Positions 13,365 to 25,073 of a DNA stretch of 64,000 nucleotides are shown piece after piece. The stretch covers positions 418,810,001 through 418,874,000 of the forward strand of contig NC_091977.1 in the NCBI RefSeq assembly GCF_044704955.1. Direction: 5' to 3'. The DNA is from Pristiophorus japonicus (Eukaryota). The position numbers and the translations under genes were made by a program. The notes under the pieces were generated by a model, which saw nothing but the letters and a program-made list of their open reading frames with translations, was not told where the DNA came from and searched no databases. Each line of letters starts with the position of its first letter. Positions within the stretch are counted from its first letter, which is position 1.

Positions 13365-16121
13365 ATGACATAGATAGAAATAGGGATGAGGTCCTGCAGG
13401 CAGAGTTTAGGGAGCTAGGAGAGGAATTAAAAAGCAGGATTTCAAAGGTAGTAATTTCCGGATTAACCCCGGTGCCACGAGCTAGTGAGTACAGAAATAG
13501 GAGGATAGAGCAGATGAACACGTGGCTGGAGAGATGTTGCAGGCGGGAGGGCTTTAATTCCCTGAGGCATTGGGACCGCTTCTGGGGGAGATGGGACCTG
13601 TACAAGCCGGATGGGTTGCACCTCAACAAAGCTGGGACCAATATCCTCATGAGGGGGTTTCCTCGTGCTGTTGAGGAGGGTTTAAACTAGCTTGGTAGGG
13701 GGATGGAAACCTGAAAATAGATTCAGTAGGGAGAGGAGTAAAGCTGAAATTAGAAAGCAAAAATAACGAAAGTGAGTTTGAAGGAGAGAGGAAACAAGCA
13801 GGAAAAAAGGGTAAACAAATAAATTTAAAGGCTCTTTTTCTAAATGCACGTAGCATTCATAGCAAAATAGATGAACTGATGGCACAAATAGATACAAATC
13901 ATTATGATCTGATAGCCATTACAGAGACGTGGTTGCAAGGTGACCAGGACTGGGAACTAAATATTCAGGGGTATTTGACAATCCAGAAGGGATGGACAGA
14001 CAGAAAAAGGAGGTGGGGTAGCTCTGTTGACAAAGGATGGAATCACTGCAATAGTAAGAAATAATATTGGCTCAAGTGATCAGGATGTTGAAACAGTTTG
14101 GGTAGAGATATGGAATAATGGAAAAAGGTTACTGGTGGGCATAGTCTAGGCCCCCCTACAGTAGCAACTCTGTTGGTCGGTGTATAAACCGGGAAATAGT
14201 AGGGGCTTGTAAAAAGGGAACAGCAATAATCATGGGTGATTTTAACCTCCATATTGATTGGACAAATCTAATTGGTCTGGGTAGCCTTGAGGAAGAGTTC
14301 ATAGAGTGCATAAGGGATGGATTCCTTGAACAGTATGTAATGGAACCAACCAGGGGGCAGGCTATCTTAGATCAGGTCCTGTGTATTGTGACAGGATTAA
14401 TAAACAATCTCCTAGTAAAGGATCCCCTTGGAATGAGTGATCATAGCATGGTTCAATTTCAAATTCAGATGGAGGGTGAGAAAGTTTGATCTCAAACCAA
14501 CGTAATAAGTTCAAATAAAGGAGACTACAAAGGTATAAGGGCAGAGTTGGCTAAAGTGGAGTGGGAAACTAGATTAAAGGATAGGAGGTTTAAGGAGATA
14601 TATCTCAACTCTCAAGAAAAATATATTCCGTTGAAGAGGAAAGGGTGTAAAAGTAAAGAAAGCCATCCGTGGCTAACTAAAGAAATAAAGGAAATAATTA
14701 AAAACAAGGGCATATAAAGTAGCCAAAACTAATGGGAGGACAGAAGATTGGGAAGCTTTTAAAAGCCAGCAAAGAATGAGTAAAAAAAATGATTAAAGAA
14801 AGGGAAGATAGACTATGAAAATAAACTAGCACAAAATATAAAAACAGATAGCAAGAGTTTCTATAGGTCTATAAAAAGGTAAAGAGTGGCTAAAGTAAGT
14901 GTTGGTCCCTGAGAGGATGAGACCCGGGAATTAGCAATGGGGAACATGGAGATGGCAGAAACGCTGAACAAATAACTTGCATCAGTGTTTACGGTAGAGG
15001 ACACTAAAAATATCCCAACAGTGGATAGTCAAGGGGCTGGAGAGGGGTAGGAACTTAACACAATCACAATCACTAAGGAGTTGGTACTCAGTAAGGAAAT
15101 GGGACTAAAGGCGGATAAATCCCCTCGACCTGATGGCTTGCTTCCTAGGGTCTTAAGAAAAGTAGCGGCAGGGATAGTGGATGCATTGGTTGTAATTTAC
15201 CAACATTCCAATGATCTCTGGGGAGGTCCCAGCAGACTGGAAAACCGCAAATGTAACGCCCCTATTTAAAAAAGGAGGCAGACAAAAAGCAGAAAACTAT
15301 AGACCAGTTAGCTTAAAATTGTGGTTTGGAAAATGTTGGAGTCTATTATTAAAGAAGCAGTAGCAGAACATTTGGAAAAGCATAATTCAAACAAGCAGAG
15401 TCAGCATGGATTTATGAAGGGGAAGTCATGTTTGACAAATTGGTTGGAATTTTTTGAGGATGTAATGAACAGGGTGGATAAAGGGGAACCAGTGGGTGTG
15501 GTGTATTTGGACTTCCAGAAGGCATTTGACAAGGTGCCACTCAAAAGGTTACTGCACAAGATAAAAGTTCACGGGGTTGGGGGTAATGTATCAGCATCGA
15601 TAGAGGATTGGCTAATTAACAGAAAACAGAGAGTTGGGACAAATGGTTCATTCTCGGATTGGCAATCAGTAACCAGTGGGGTGCCACAGGGATCGGTGCT
15701 GGGACCCCAACTATTTACAATCTATATTAACAATTTGGATGAAAGGACCGAGTGTAACGTAGCCAAGTTTGCTGATGATAAAAAGATGGGAGGAAAAGCA
15801 ATGTGTGAGGAGGACACAAAAAATCTGCAAAAGGACACAGACAGGCTAAGTGAGTGGGCAAAAATTTGGCAGATGGAACATAATTTTGGAAAGTGTGAGG
15901 TTATGCACTTTGGCAGAAAAAATCAAAGAGCAAGTCATTATTTAAATGGAGAAAAATTGCAAAGTGCTGCAGTACAGCAGGAGGTGGGGGTACTTGTGCA
16001 TGAAACACAGAAGGTTAGTATGCAGGTACAGCAAGTGATCAGGAAGGCCAATGGATGCGGATGCAATGAGTCGAAATGGCCTCCTTCCATGCTGTAAATT
16101 TCTATGATTCTATGATTCTAT
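13365..16121 (+). mobile_element. CR1 LINE no. 1 (end of ORF1 esterase, ORF2 endonuclease and RT; abnormal 3' end)
   Basis: ORF1 SGNH end (YKPDGLHLN), APE motifs (ITETWL, MGDFN, SDH) and RT motifs (YLDFQKAFDKVP, GVPQGSVLGP, KFADD). Tail (ATTCTATG)n at about 16098-16121. Confidence 0.93.
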
Positions 16122-16661
16122 ATTAGAAACGTAGCTATTAGAAACCTCTTATTATTAGTTTTACTGTCTGAGAAGCTAATATTCAATTGGCAGAATGCCT
16201 TATAAGAAGTACTTTGTTAATCACGAGTTTGTTTGTATTAACGATAGTGAATAGTAGTTAACTAATAGAATCATTAGCAACTGACTGCACCACACACTGA
16301 ATAAAAGCTGACAATTCCTTGTATTTTGTTTAGTTTGGCTTGTGTACTTTCCAGTGTTGAATGCTTTTCATATATTCTGTGAATTGGCCATGTTTTATGC
16401 CCACCATAGCAAGCAGATTGATATTAGCGAGCAGGACACAATGTGTTGGTGTTAGAGAATTGATATTTAATTGCCTAGCATCTAAGATAGGCACAGCAAG
16501 AGTATAAATGAAAACATCTATTGATAAAATGGCACATAACTTTGGAATGATAATGATATGTATATCAGTGCTAGGCTTTATTTTGCTTGTAATCGGCATT
16601 TTCTATGGACTATGAATGGTCACAGAAATGAACTAAGACAGCTTTATATATTTCCTTTTAG

Positions 16662-17014
16662 ACACACCAAGATGAAGACTGCTACCAATATCTATATTTT
16701 CAATCTTGCTGCAGCTGATGCTCTAGCAACAAGCACAATGCCTTTCCAGAGTGCTGACTATTTAATAGGGTCCTGGCCATTTGGAGATGTGCTGTGTAAA
16801 ATAGTGGTCTCCATTGATTATTATAACATGTTTACCAGCATTTTCACATTGACAATGATGAGTGTTGATCGATATATTGCTGTGTGCCATCCAGTGAAGG
16901 CATTGGACTTCCGCACTCCCTTGAAGGCAAAAGCAATAAATGTTTGCATCTGGCTCCTTGCCTCAGTTATTGGTATACCTGTTATAGTGCTGGGGGCCAC
17001 AGGAACGAGGGATG
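16662..17014 (+). CDS. OPRK1: Opioid receptor, kappa/nociceptin subgroup, coding exon 2 (ICL1 to start of ECL2)
   Basis: [54 protein letters not shown]. Acceptor tttccttttag ends at 16661 and donor GTGAGT starts at 17015, giving a 353-nt exon. By eye about 97 of 117 residues match human KOR as I recall its sequence. Symbol is best similarity only; OPRL1 orthology is not excluded. Confidence 0.9.
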
Positions 17015-17261
17015 GTGAGTATTGAAGCTGCTGTCAAAGCCAACATCATCACTGTAGTTACAAAGTATTAGAAAAGTCAGAATTTTATTGCAGCGTATTT
17101 AACTTTTACACATGTTACATTTTTTGCTGACTATCATTCACGCGATGCTCCCATTGAAAAGTTTTAATGAAGTGCAACGCATTGAATATGCAAAAAAGGT
17201 TTTGGAGCAAATTAATGCAAATGAAGCTACCTGTGTGATGTTTCTCTATAATGTAAAAAAA

Positions 17262-17600
17262 GAAAGAACTTGCATTTATATAGCGTCTTTTTCAACCTCA
17301 AACCACCCTGAAGTGCTTAACGGCAATAAAATACTTTTGAAGTGTAATAATGTAGGAAACAAGTCAGCTGATTTGCGCACGGCAAATTCCCACATATAGC
17401 AACAAAATAAATGAACAAATCATCTGCTTTAGTTGTTGATTGCGGAATAAATGTTAGACACAATACTGGGAGAACTCCCTTGCTCTTCTTTGAATAGTGC
17501 CAAAGGATTTTTTACATTAAATGAGAGGGCAGATTGAATGTCTCATCTGAAAACCGGCACCTCCAGTAATGCCCTTAAAGTGCCTACCAAGATTGTGTGC
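17262..17600 (-). mobile_element. Deu-domain SINE (SacSINE1/AmnSINE1-like), decayed
   Basis: Reverse-complement L2-type tail (AACTTGCATTTATATAGCG) followed by sequence resembling the Deu core (gagagggcaga..gtctcatctgaaa.cggcacctcc). Family recognised from memory. Confidence 0.55.
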
Positions 17601-17619
17601 TCAATATTATTGCACAGAT

Positions 17620-17855
17620 TACAATCACTCAACCATTGGTGGTCGTGCCTTCTGTTGCCTTGGCCCAAAGCTCTGGAACTCCCTGCATAAACCTCTCCAC
17701 CTCTCTACCTCTCGTTCCTCCTTCAAGACGCTGCTAAAAACCTACCTCTTTGTCCAAGCCTTTGGTCATCTGCACTAATTTCTACTCCTGTGAAGCGCCT
17801 TGGGATGTTTCACTAGGTTAAAGGTGCTATATAAATACAAGTTGTTGTTGTTGTT
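17620..17855 (+). mobile_element. L2 LINE 3' end
   Basis: ORF2 C-terminus GGRAF..LGPKLWNSL..SSFKTLLKTYLF, then the L2 3' motif AAAGGTGCTATATAAATACAAG and a (TTG)n tail. Confidence 0.75.
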
Positions 17856-17859
17856 GAGC

Positions 17860-18900
17860 GGCAGAAAGGTTTAAGGAAATTCCAGAGCTTGAAACCTAGA
17901 CAGCTGAAGGCATAGCTGTCAATGGTGGTGTGATTCAAAGGGGATACGCAAGAGGCCATAATTGGAGGAGTGCAGAGCTCATAGAATCACAGAAGGTCAT
18001 TCAACCCATCGTGCCTTTAGTAGAGGTATCCAATTAATTTCACTCCCATGCTCTTTCCCCGTAGCCCTGCAAATTAGTTCGCTACGAGTATTTATCCAAT
18101 TCTCTTTTGAATGTTACTATTGAATCTGCTTCCACTATTCTCTTAGGCAGTACATTCCAGATCACTAAAACTCTCTGTGCAAATAAGTGTTTCCTCAAGT
18201 CACCTCTGGTTCTTTTGCCAATCACCTTAAATCTGTGTCCTCTGGTTTCTGACCCTCTGCCACTGGAAACAGTTTCTCCTAATTTACTCTATCAAAACCA
18301 TTATTGATTTTGACCACCTCTATCAAATCTCCTCTTAACCTTCTCTGCTCTAAGGAGAACAACCCCAGCTTCTCCTATTCCAGGAAGGTTGTAGCGCTGG
18401 AAGAGGTTACGGAGTTAAGGTGGGGCATGGCCTTAGAGTGGTTTGAATACAAAGATGAGGATTTTAAATTCGAGACTTTGCTGGACCAGGAGTCAGTGTA
18501 GGTCAGTAAGCACAAGGGTGATGGGTGAATGGGACTTGCTGCGAATTAGGGTACGGGCAGCAGAGTTTTGGATGAACTGAAGTTTATGAGCGTGGAAGAT
18601 GGGAGGCCAGCCAGGACAATATTGGAATAATCGAGATTGACGAGGGAGATAGAATTAGTAGCTAAGGAATGGAGTTTGTTGTGGGGGTGGAAGACAATGG
18701 CTTTGGTCCTTTTCAATATTTAATTGGAGGAAACCACCAATACTGGCTGCCGGACAATCAGTGAGACAAATCAGAGGCAGTGGAGGGGTCGAGAGAGGTG
18801 ATGATGAGGTAGAGTTAGGTGTCATTAGCATACATGTGGAATCTGACATTGTGTTTTCAGATGATGTCGCTGAAGGATAGTATGTGGATGAGAAATAGAA
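17860..18900 (-). mobile_element. Old L2 fragments with an inserted CR1 3' fragment (about 17982-18375)
   Basis: The minus strand encodes a HMYANDT.LYL (YADD-like) and LQLNIEK segment near 18710-18840. The CR1 3' end, starting catagaatcacagaa, resembles the other CR1 termini. Confidence 0.55.
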
Positions 18901-18918
18901 ACTTCTCTTGGAATGCTT

Positions 18919-19020
18919 GCTCAGTAATAGATTGAATTAATATCTCTGAATATCTGATGTCAAAAGTTTCCCCTTGACATCAGATATTCAGAGATGTTAA
19001 CTCAATTCTATTACTCAAGC
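18919..19020. repeat. Long inverted repeat (about 45-bp arms, 10-nt loop) in receptor intron
   Basis: ATCTCTGAATATCTGATGTCAA (18942-18963) is the exact reverse complement of 18974-18995. Pairing continues outward with few mismatches. Confidence 0.9.
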
Positions 19021-20776
19021 ACATAATTGCAGTCAAAAATATAATCAGAACTAGCCTAATTGCATGACAGCCTGTTACAATTATAGCACTTGATCATTTC
19101 AGATCAGATGAGCAGATATCATTTTGCTGCAGTTTTTGTGCCTTCATCCCCATAACACCATGCAGCATTGATGGTTATTATATAGCATCCTTCTTTCCTA
19201 TGGTGTTCAGCATTGCTCTATGTCCTTTAAAATTTAGTTACCATTAAAGCTGATTTTCTGAGGAAATTGCAGCATGCAGAATCAATAGTTTCCAGTCTAA
19301 GCTGTAATGCTCATTGTCTCAACTCACAGGAGAGAGTGTAAAATATACAGCTATAATTGACTTAAGCAAGTGTATTATCTATCTTTGTCTAGCTTGGTTA
19401 AATGTCATAGATGAAGGCATGCTCATTAATACTCATGTTAATCTGTAGCACTGTAATTGTTATATTAGATAAGTAGCATGAGCTTAGAAGTTGTGCTGTG
19501 TGATATTGCTGTTATGAACACTTAAGGAGTAATTTTACAAAATTACATTCCCTTTCAGAGCCTCGTCCACCAGCGTTGTTGTTGGGAATTTAGGCACATG
19601 CTCCCCATCAACTAATGAATGCTCCAGAATAAATTACTAAAGCATATGTTTTCTTCTTATTTACTAATTTTAATGAAAATGTAGATGGTGGATACAAAGT
19701 GGAAAACAGTGCTTTATACTCACATTTATATTTTCTCTTGATTAGTGAACAGAGGAAGACATACTTCTAAATCACTTGCTGATATAGGTAAACAGTAAAA
19801 TGAGAACTGAATTAATTGTTTGGAGAGGTAAACAGAAAAACAAGGACTAGTTTTACTCTGTGAAAATATAAAACTTATGAGTCACCCTTTTAGTGAGAAT
19901 AACAGTGAGTTCATAAACAACTAGAATTGGACACCTGTGATTTTACAGGCACTGGCCTTTATGGATACGAGTATTCTAGTGTTCCCTTGGCAACAGGAAC
20001 TGAAACATAATATTTTGAAATTAACTCATTGATAAACCATAGGTAGGTAGCCCAATTTCAATATATATCAGTTGCAATTTATCAACACATGTCAATCAGT
20101 CTATTTGAAAAAATATAAGTAGGAGAAAGACACCAGAACCAGTTTTCACATTGTCACTATATATTACTTCATAGAGAATTATGTAATGTTTCTGGAGGTA
20201 ATTTTCTAAATATATCCACTTTATATCTGCTCACCAGAAATACACTGAAGCTGATCTTCAGCTGACCATGCCAATTGATCTCCAAATCATCTTCACCTGA
20301 TTACAAGTTGTGACAATTGAATCTTGACACAAAAAGCTCAAAGCCAAGCAGAACTAGTATATATTTTTTACATAGTCAATTACCAAGCCTGTCATGGAAC
20401 CAGGTCTCGGCTACATATCCATTAAACACACATCAATTCAGTGTTATTTTTAATTGAAGCCTTTTTATTATAATTCAGTACAATACATAAAGAGACTGCT
20501 AAAATGATTATACTCTCTTGCAGGATCTGTACTATTTTCCTATTAATATTCCAGTTTGTTCATTGGGACAAAGTTAATTGGGCATTCAATTACATGGATA
20601 CTATGTTTAGTATAGCTTGATTCCACTGAATTCCCTCTAAAACTATTTATATTTGACTGAAGATCATCTGAAAAAAAGATAAAATGTTACCAATCTCAGA
20701 TTACAAGGTGTAGATACAATAGTTTTGATTGTGGATTTCATCATAACCGCTGACTTTTATTTTTCTTATTCAACAG

Positions 20777-21303
20777 GTATCGTTGAATGTGCGCTGCAGT
20801 TCCCACATCCCTACTGGTATTGGGACACTGTGCTGAAAGTCTGTGTTTTTGTCTTTGCCTTTGTCATACCAGTTCTCATCATCTCTGTATGCTACAGCTT
20901 GATGATCTTGCGTTTGAAGAGTGTGAGATTACTGTCTGGTTCCAGAGAGAAAGACAGAAACCTACGCCGAATCACACGGATGGTCCTTATTGTTGTCGCA
21001 GTTTTTATCATCTGTTGGACTCCCATTCACATTTTTGTATTAGTCAAAGCTTTAGTAAATGTCCCAGAAACCACTGCAGTATCTGCCTGCTATTATTTCT
21101 CAGTAGCTCTTGGATATACCAACAGCAGCCTTAACCCCATCCTCTATGCTTTTCTAGATGAAAATTTTAAAAGGTGCTTCAAAGATTTTTGCTGTTCCTC
21201 GGGGTTGAGGCTGGAGTTACAGACTAGCAACAGAGTAAGGAATACCACACAGAATGCGACATTGTTTCGCAATAGCATAGTGAATGCAAACCGGCAGGTA
21301 TGA
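20777..21303 (+). CDS. OPRK1: Opioid receptor, terminal coding exon (ECL2 to C-terminus)
   Basis: Acceptor ttttcttattcaacag ends at 20776 and is phase-compatible with exon 2 (RD-G-IVEC). Motifs [30 protein letters not shown] and [20 protein letters not shown]. Stop TGA at 21301-21303. Confidence 0.92.
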
Positions 21304-21390
21304 CTAGCAGTGGAAATGTCATCTTTCTCGCCGCAAGTGAGAGATGACGTTCAGGATTTAGGTCTGACTCAAATTACTTCTGCAGTTTAA
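21301..21390 (+). CDS. Stop-codon readthrough extension X-LAVEMSSFSPQVRDDVQDLGLTQITSAV
   Basis: TGA CTAG context, 28 sense codons, second stop TAA at 21388-21390. Resembles the readthrough extension described for mammalian OPRK1. Confidence 0.8.
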
Positions 21391-22722
21391 TTCTTATTCT
21401 GCTGACCAAAAAAATAGGTATATTTAGCATTATAACAAATGCAGTGACTTGGTTTGCCTATGTTCATCAATAAGAGATCAGTATGCATGGGAAAGTGAGT
21501 TTCATTTTAATATTCTTATCTTCAGCACGAAAGAGCAGATGCTTGCCATTTTAATATCTCAGCTGAATAATTGGCATTGATTCTGAAACAGTGCTGTACT
21601 TACATTCCCATTTAATTGGGAAATGGAGCCTGTCAAATTAACTTGGCAGGCATATCAGAGACTATCTGCAATGGATATATTTGGAGTCTATGCTTATGAT
21701 TCCAATGCTTTTTCAAAAAATACTTTCATTGCATGTTAGCAACAAACAACAGACATTTAGTGATATAAAACAATTACAAATCTTAAATGAGAACCTTGAG
21801 TCAGATTAAACGAAGAAGCTGTGTACAGTCAATCATACACAAAAGCATACATGCTACTAAATGTGTTATTACCAATTTATCAGTGTAGATACATAAAAAA
21901 TATTGCGCATTTCCAGTATATAAAACAAACACAAATTGAATATATTAAGATCCAAAAGCAGTGAGTGGAACCCCATTTAAAAAAAAGCTCTATTTGCAAA
22001 GCAAGAGCCAAATGCTTTCTCTTGTAAAAATAATTCTTGCATTCTAAGATTTAAGACCAAAATCTTTGATCATCGGCCACAATTTGCATGTAGCAACATA
22101 TTTAATGAACATATGGCTCAACCATGGAATAAATGTCAATGTTTTGTGTTCTAGAACTGAGATTCAGATAACAAAGTGGGTTTTGGAAAAGGCAATCCAG
22201 TCTGAATCAACAAAACAAAATCCCTTATTTTGTAAAATAACATTCAACAGATATCTTACTCGGACCAATTTGACAAATGAACACTCATGGCCAGGAACAT
22301 CACTCACCTGCCAGGAGGGAAATCATGATTTTCCATCCACTATGTAAAATAGAATCTTTGTCTCACTATCTGTTATAAGTTTCTGTTTTTAACTTAGAAG
22401 TGACTGTGAATTAAAAAGCTTAGAAAAATGTTAAGTATTTTATCTTTGTTATTAATATATTGTAACATATTCATATTAAAATATTTCTCATTTAATTGAA
22501 GTAAAAGAATCAACTTGTGGTATATAATGTGACTGACAATATTTTTGCTGTTTATCAGTGCTCAGAATGGTGGGTGTGCTTTATTTAAATCTATTTGATT
22601 TATTTTTCCCTGGTGTTGCAAACTGTTGGTAATTTTGATGTTAGAAAATATTTGCAGGTACTTATATAGACATGAAATAATTTATGTGTTGTCCTGATTT
22701 GGAACATGTTTGTGAAATTGTT

Positions 22723-22732
22723 ATTAAATAAA
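22723..22732 (+). terminator. Candidate polyadenylation signal of the receptor mRNA
   Basis: Overlapping ATTAAA and AATAAA at the end of an AT-rich, repeat-free stretch of about 1.4 kb after the stop codon. Use cannot be shown from sequence alone. Confidence 0.35.
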
Positions 22733-23299
22733 AATGAGAGTTCTAAATAATTGTAGCTTTTCCCTGGAATACATAATTTTGACACTTATTTTGGAGCAGC
22801 ATTAAAGCAAAGAGAAATCGATATCAAATGTTCTTTTTAAACCACAGACAGGGAAAAAAAAAAACATTTTCTGAACAGTCAGGATTGTAAGGCTTCCAAA
22901 GATCCCCATTTTCAGTTTAACTTTACTTGGAAAAAAATAACTGAATTATACATTTCTCATAAATGGTTTGTACTAACCAATTTCGGAGGAGTTACACTGA
23001 TAAAAGCCAAATAGTTCTGTTTGCTTTCCCTCACCTCAGTTAAATCACCAGACCACCCTCACACAACTGAAACAATATCCTGGTGTACCAGACTGTCTTC
23101 TCATTCCGCATGTTTTCAGTCCTCTGGCCAGTCAGAACAGGAGTAATATTGTGTATGCATATACCTACTATTTAAGGCAATTTTGTTTATGTGATTGTCA
23201 TAATTCATTTTAAACTAGTGTTGTATCCATTTGTATAACATTAAAACTACAAAGAAATTAAAATTAGTATATCCCAAGAATATGATAAATTAAGAAGTG

Positions 23300-23760
23300 C
23301 TTTGACACAGTGTCCTGGGTCCTCTAATGGTCTGAATCTGGCATTTTACCACCAGAATGTGGATTACAATAGATTTGATTCCTGGTGATAACATTAAATT
23401 TATCAAAATCTCCTGCAATGGCCAAACATGTGTGTTATTGAATCTTAGAGTAGAAACGTCTCCAATTTGATTCTAAGTCTCCGATCTGACCCTTAGTCTG
23501 CGCAAAATGAGCTGCTCTTAGCTGGGGTAGTACTGATGAAAGTGATATAGCACCCTCAGGAGGTTGGGTGGGTGGAAGCCAGCCAGAATCTCTGGTCCTG
23601 ATGGATACCTAACGACCTCTGCTGGAAGTAAACCAATGTAAGCATCAGGTTAGGATGAGATCAGGTCAGCTATAATGGCACTCGCAATTGAATAGTTGGC
23701 CACAATCACTGTCTGGGCTCACAAATGAAGAATGATGATGTACCAGAGGTTGCTGTTATC
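23300..23760 (+). mobile_element. Ancient SINE-like remnant
   Basis: Decayed motifs (ggtcctgatggatacctaacgacctctgctggaa; cactgtctgggctcacaaatgaagaatg) recall a fish SINE consensus. Recognised from memory only. Confidence 0.35.
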
Positions 23761-24441
23761 GGTGGAATTAGCATGACTAATTGCTTTCTGGAAATTAGAA
23801 ATAAGAGGTCTACATATGAGCAAGGTGGTAGAAATATTCTCTGGCTCAAAACTTTTCTCAGATTCTTCTTTCTAAAATTCATCCTTAAAAATTTGTAGAA
23901 AATATTTATGCCTATTAGGACAGAGAAATGTATATTGATAGATAAATTGTTCAAAGAGTTAGGATTTTCTTACGAGTGTCATTAGCACTCAGCGCCCTTA
24001 AGTAGGTGTAACCTATTAGCAGTGACACGCCAGGTTTGCAGCACTCGATGATTAATTACATTTCCAGCACAGTTTCAAGTGCATTGCAGTGAGCTTTCAC
24101 AAATAAATACTTCTGCTTTTGATGCAAACATGCTGAGTGCATTTGCTGCATCTCCATTGACCACCTGCTTTTAATTAACCAGCTGATTTTCTCAGTGGAA
24201 TCAGACGAGGCTCTGACCAAACCATCCAAGACTTGAATGCTACTTCTGTATGTGGGGAGGTTTTATCGAACCTCTCACACCCCTGGATAGGATACAAGAA
24301 AGGGCGACTTACCTGAAAGGAATCTTTCTCTCACATTCAGTCGCCAATCTCTTTTTCATTCATGTTCCTTTCTATTTTATCGATAAGACTAAGATCACTG
24401 CTTACCTGAATTTTCTTCTCGTGTTCCTCCAAGAATCATAG

Positions 24442-25073
24442 GCCTACAAATTTGATGGTGACACACTTGATTATTCAGGTGCAAAAACGACATCTAAGCA
24501 TCTAATATGGTGGGTGGGGCACACACGCGCAATCATTATGCGTCAGGAGTGCGACGCTTGCCATATTGGTAAATTGCAACAAAAGAGGCATCCAGGACCC
24601 ATGCCTGAAACAGGTGTTAGGCCCTTTACTTATGCAAATAGGGGGCTTAATGCCTATTCCAATCTCAACCGGAAATGAAAATATGATTCACTTGCAGCCT
24701 AACTGGTGGTCCTTAACTACCAAAAATATTTATCTGAATGTGGAGCCAGGAGGAGAAGGAGTGTACCTCCCAACCTCAGGTTAAATGAACATGGGCTGCT
24801 GCCATTCTAGCTATTAATTTCCCCTCCCACTTAGTTACCAATCACTGCTACCTCCTGACCAGATTGGCCTGAGGGCTGCTGCTAGCGTTGCTTTGGCCAA
24901 TTCTTCAGACGCACCAGGTGAGCTGCCTCTTAAGCTCTGCAACTTGTCCATCTCATGGAAATGAGGCCCAAGACCCAATATTGGGTGCACCTCGAGCCTT
25001 ACCATTCTGGGGTAGGGCTCCCACCCTGCACCCCCATGCGGCCAAAAATAAATGCGTCCAAATATCTAGGCCA
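24442..25073. mobile_element. Possible Harbinger-type MITE remnant
   Basis: Ends GGCCTACAAATTTG and CAAATATCTAGGCC form an imperfect terminal inverted repeat; interior is non-coding. Confidence 0.45.

Noticed and set aside
16558-16661. ORF-track N-termini of the 155-aa and 192-aa receptor ORFs (also 20725-20776)
   Set aside because: These are intronic read-in upstream of clear splice acceptors; homology starts at 16662 and 20777.
21301-21303. TGA as a selenocysteine codon
   Set aside because: I could not identify a SECIS element, opioid receptors are not known selenoproteins, and the CTAG context already explains readthrough.
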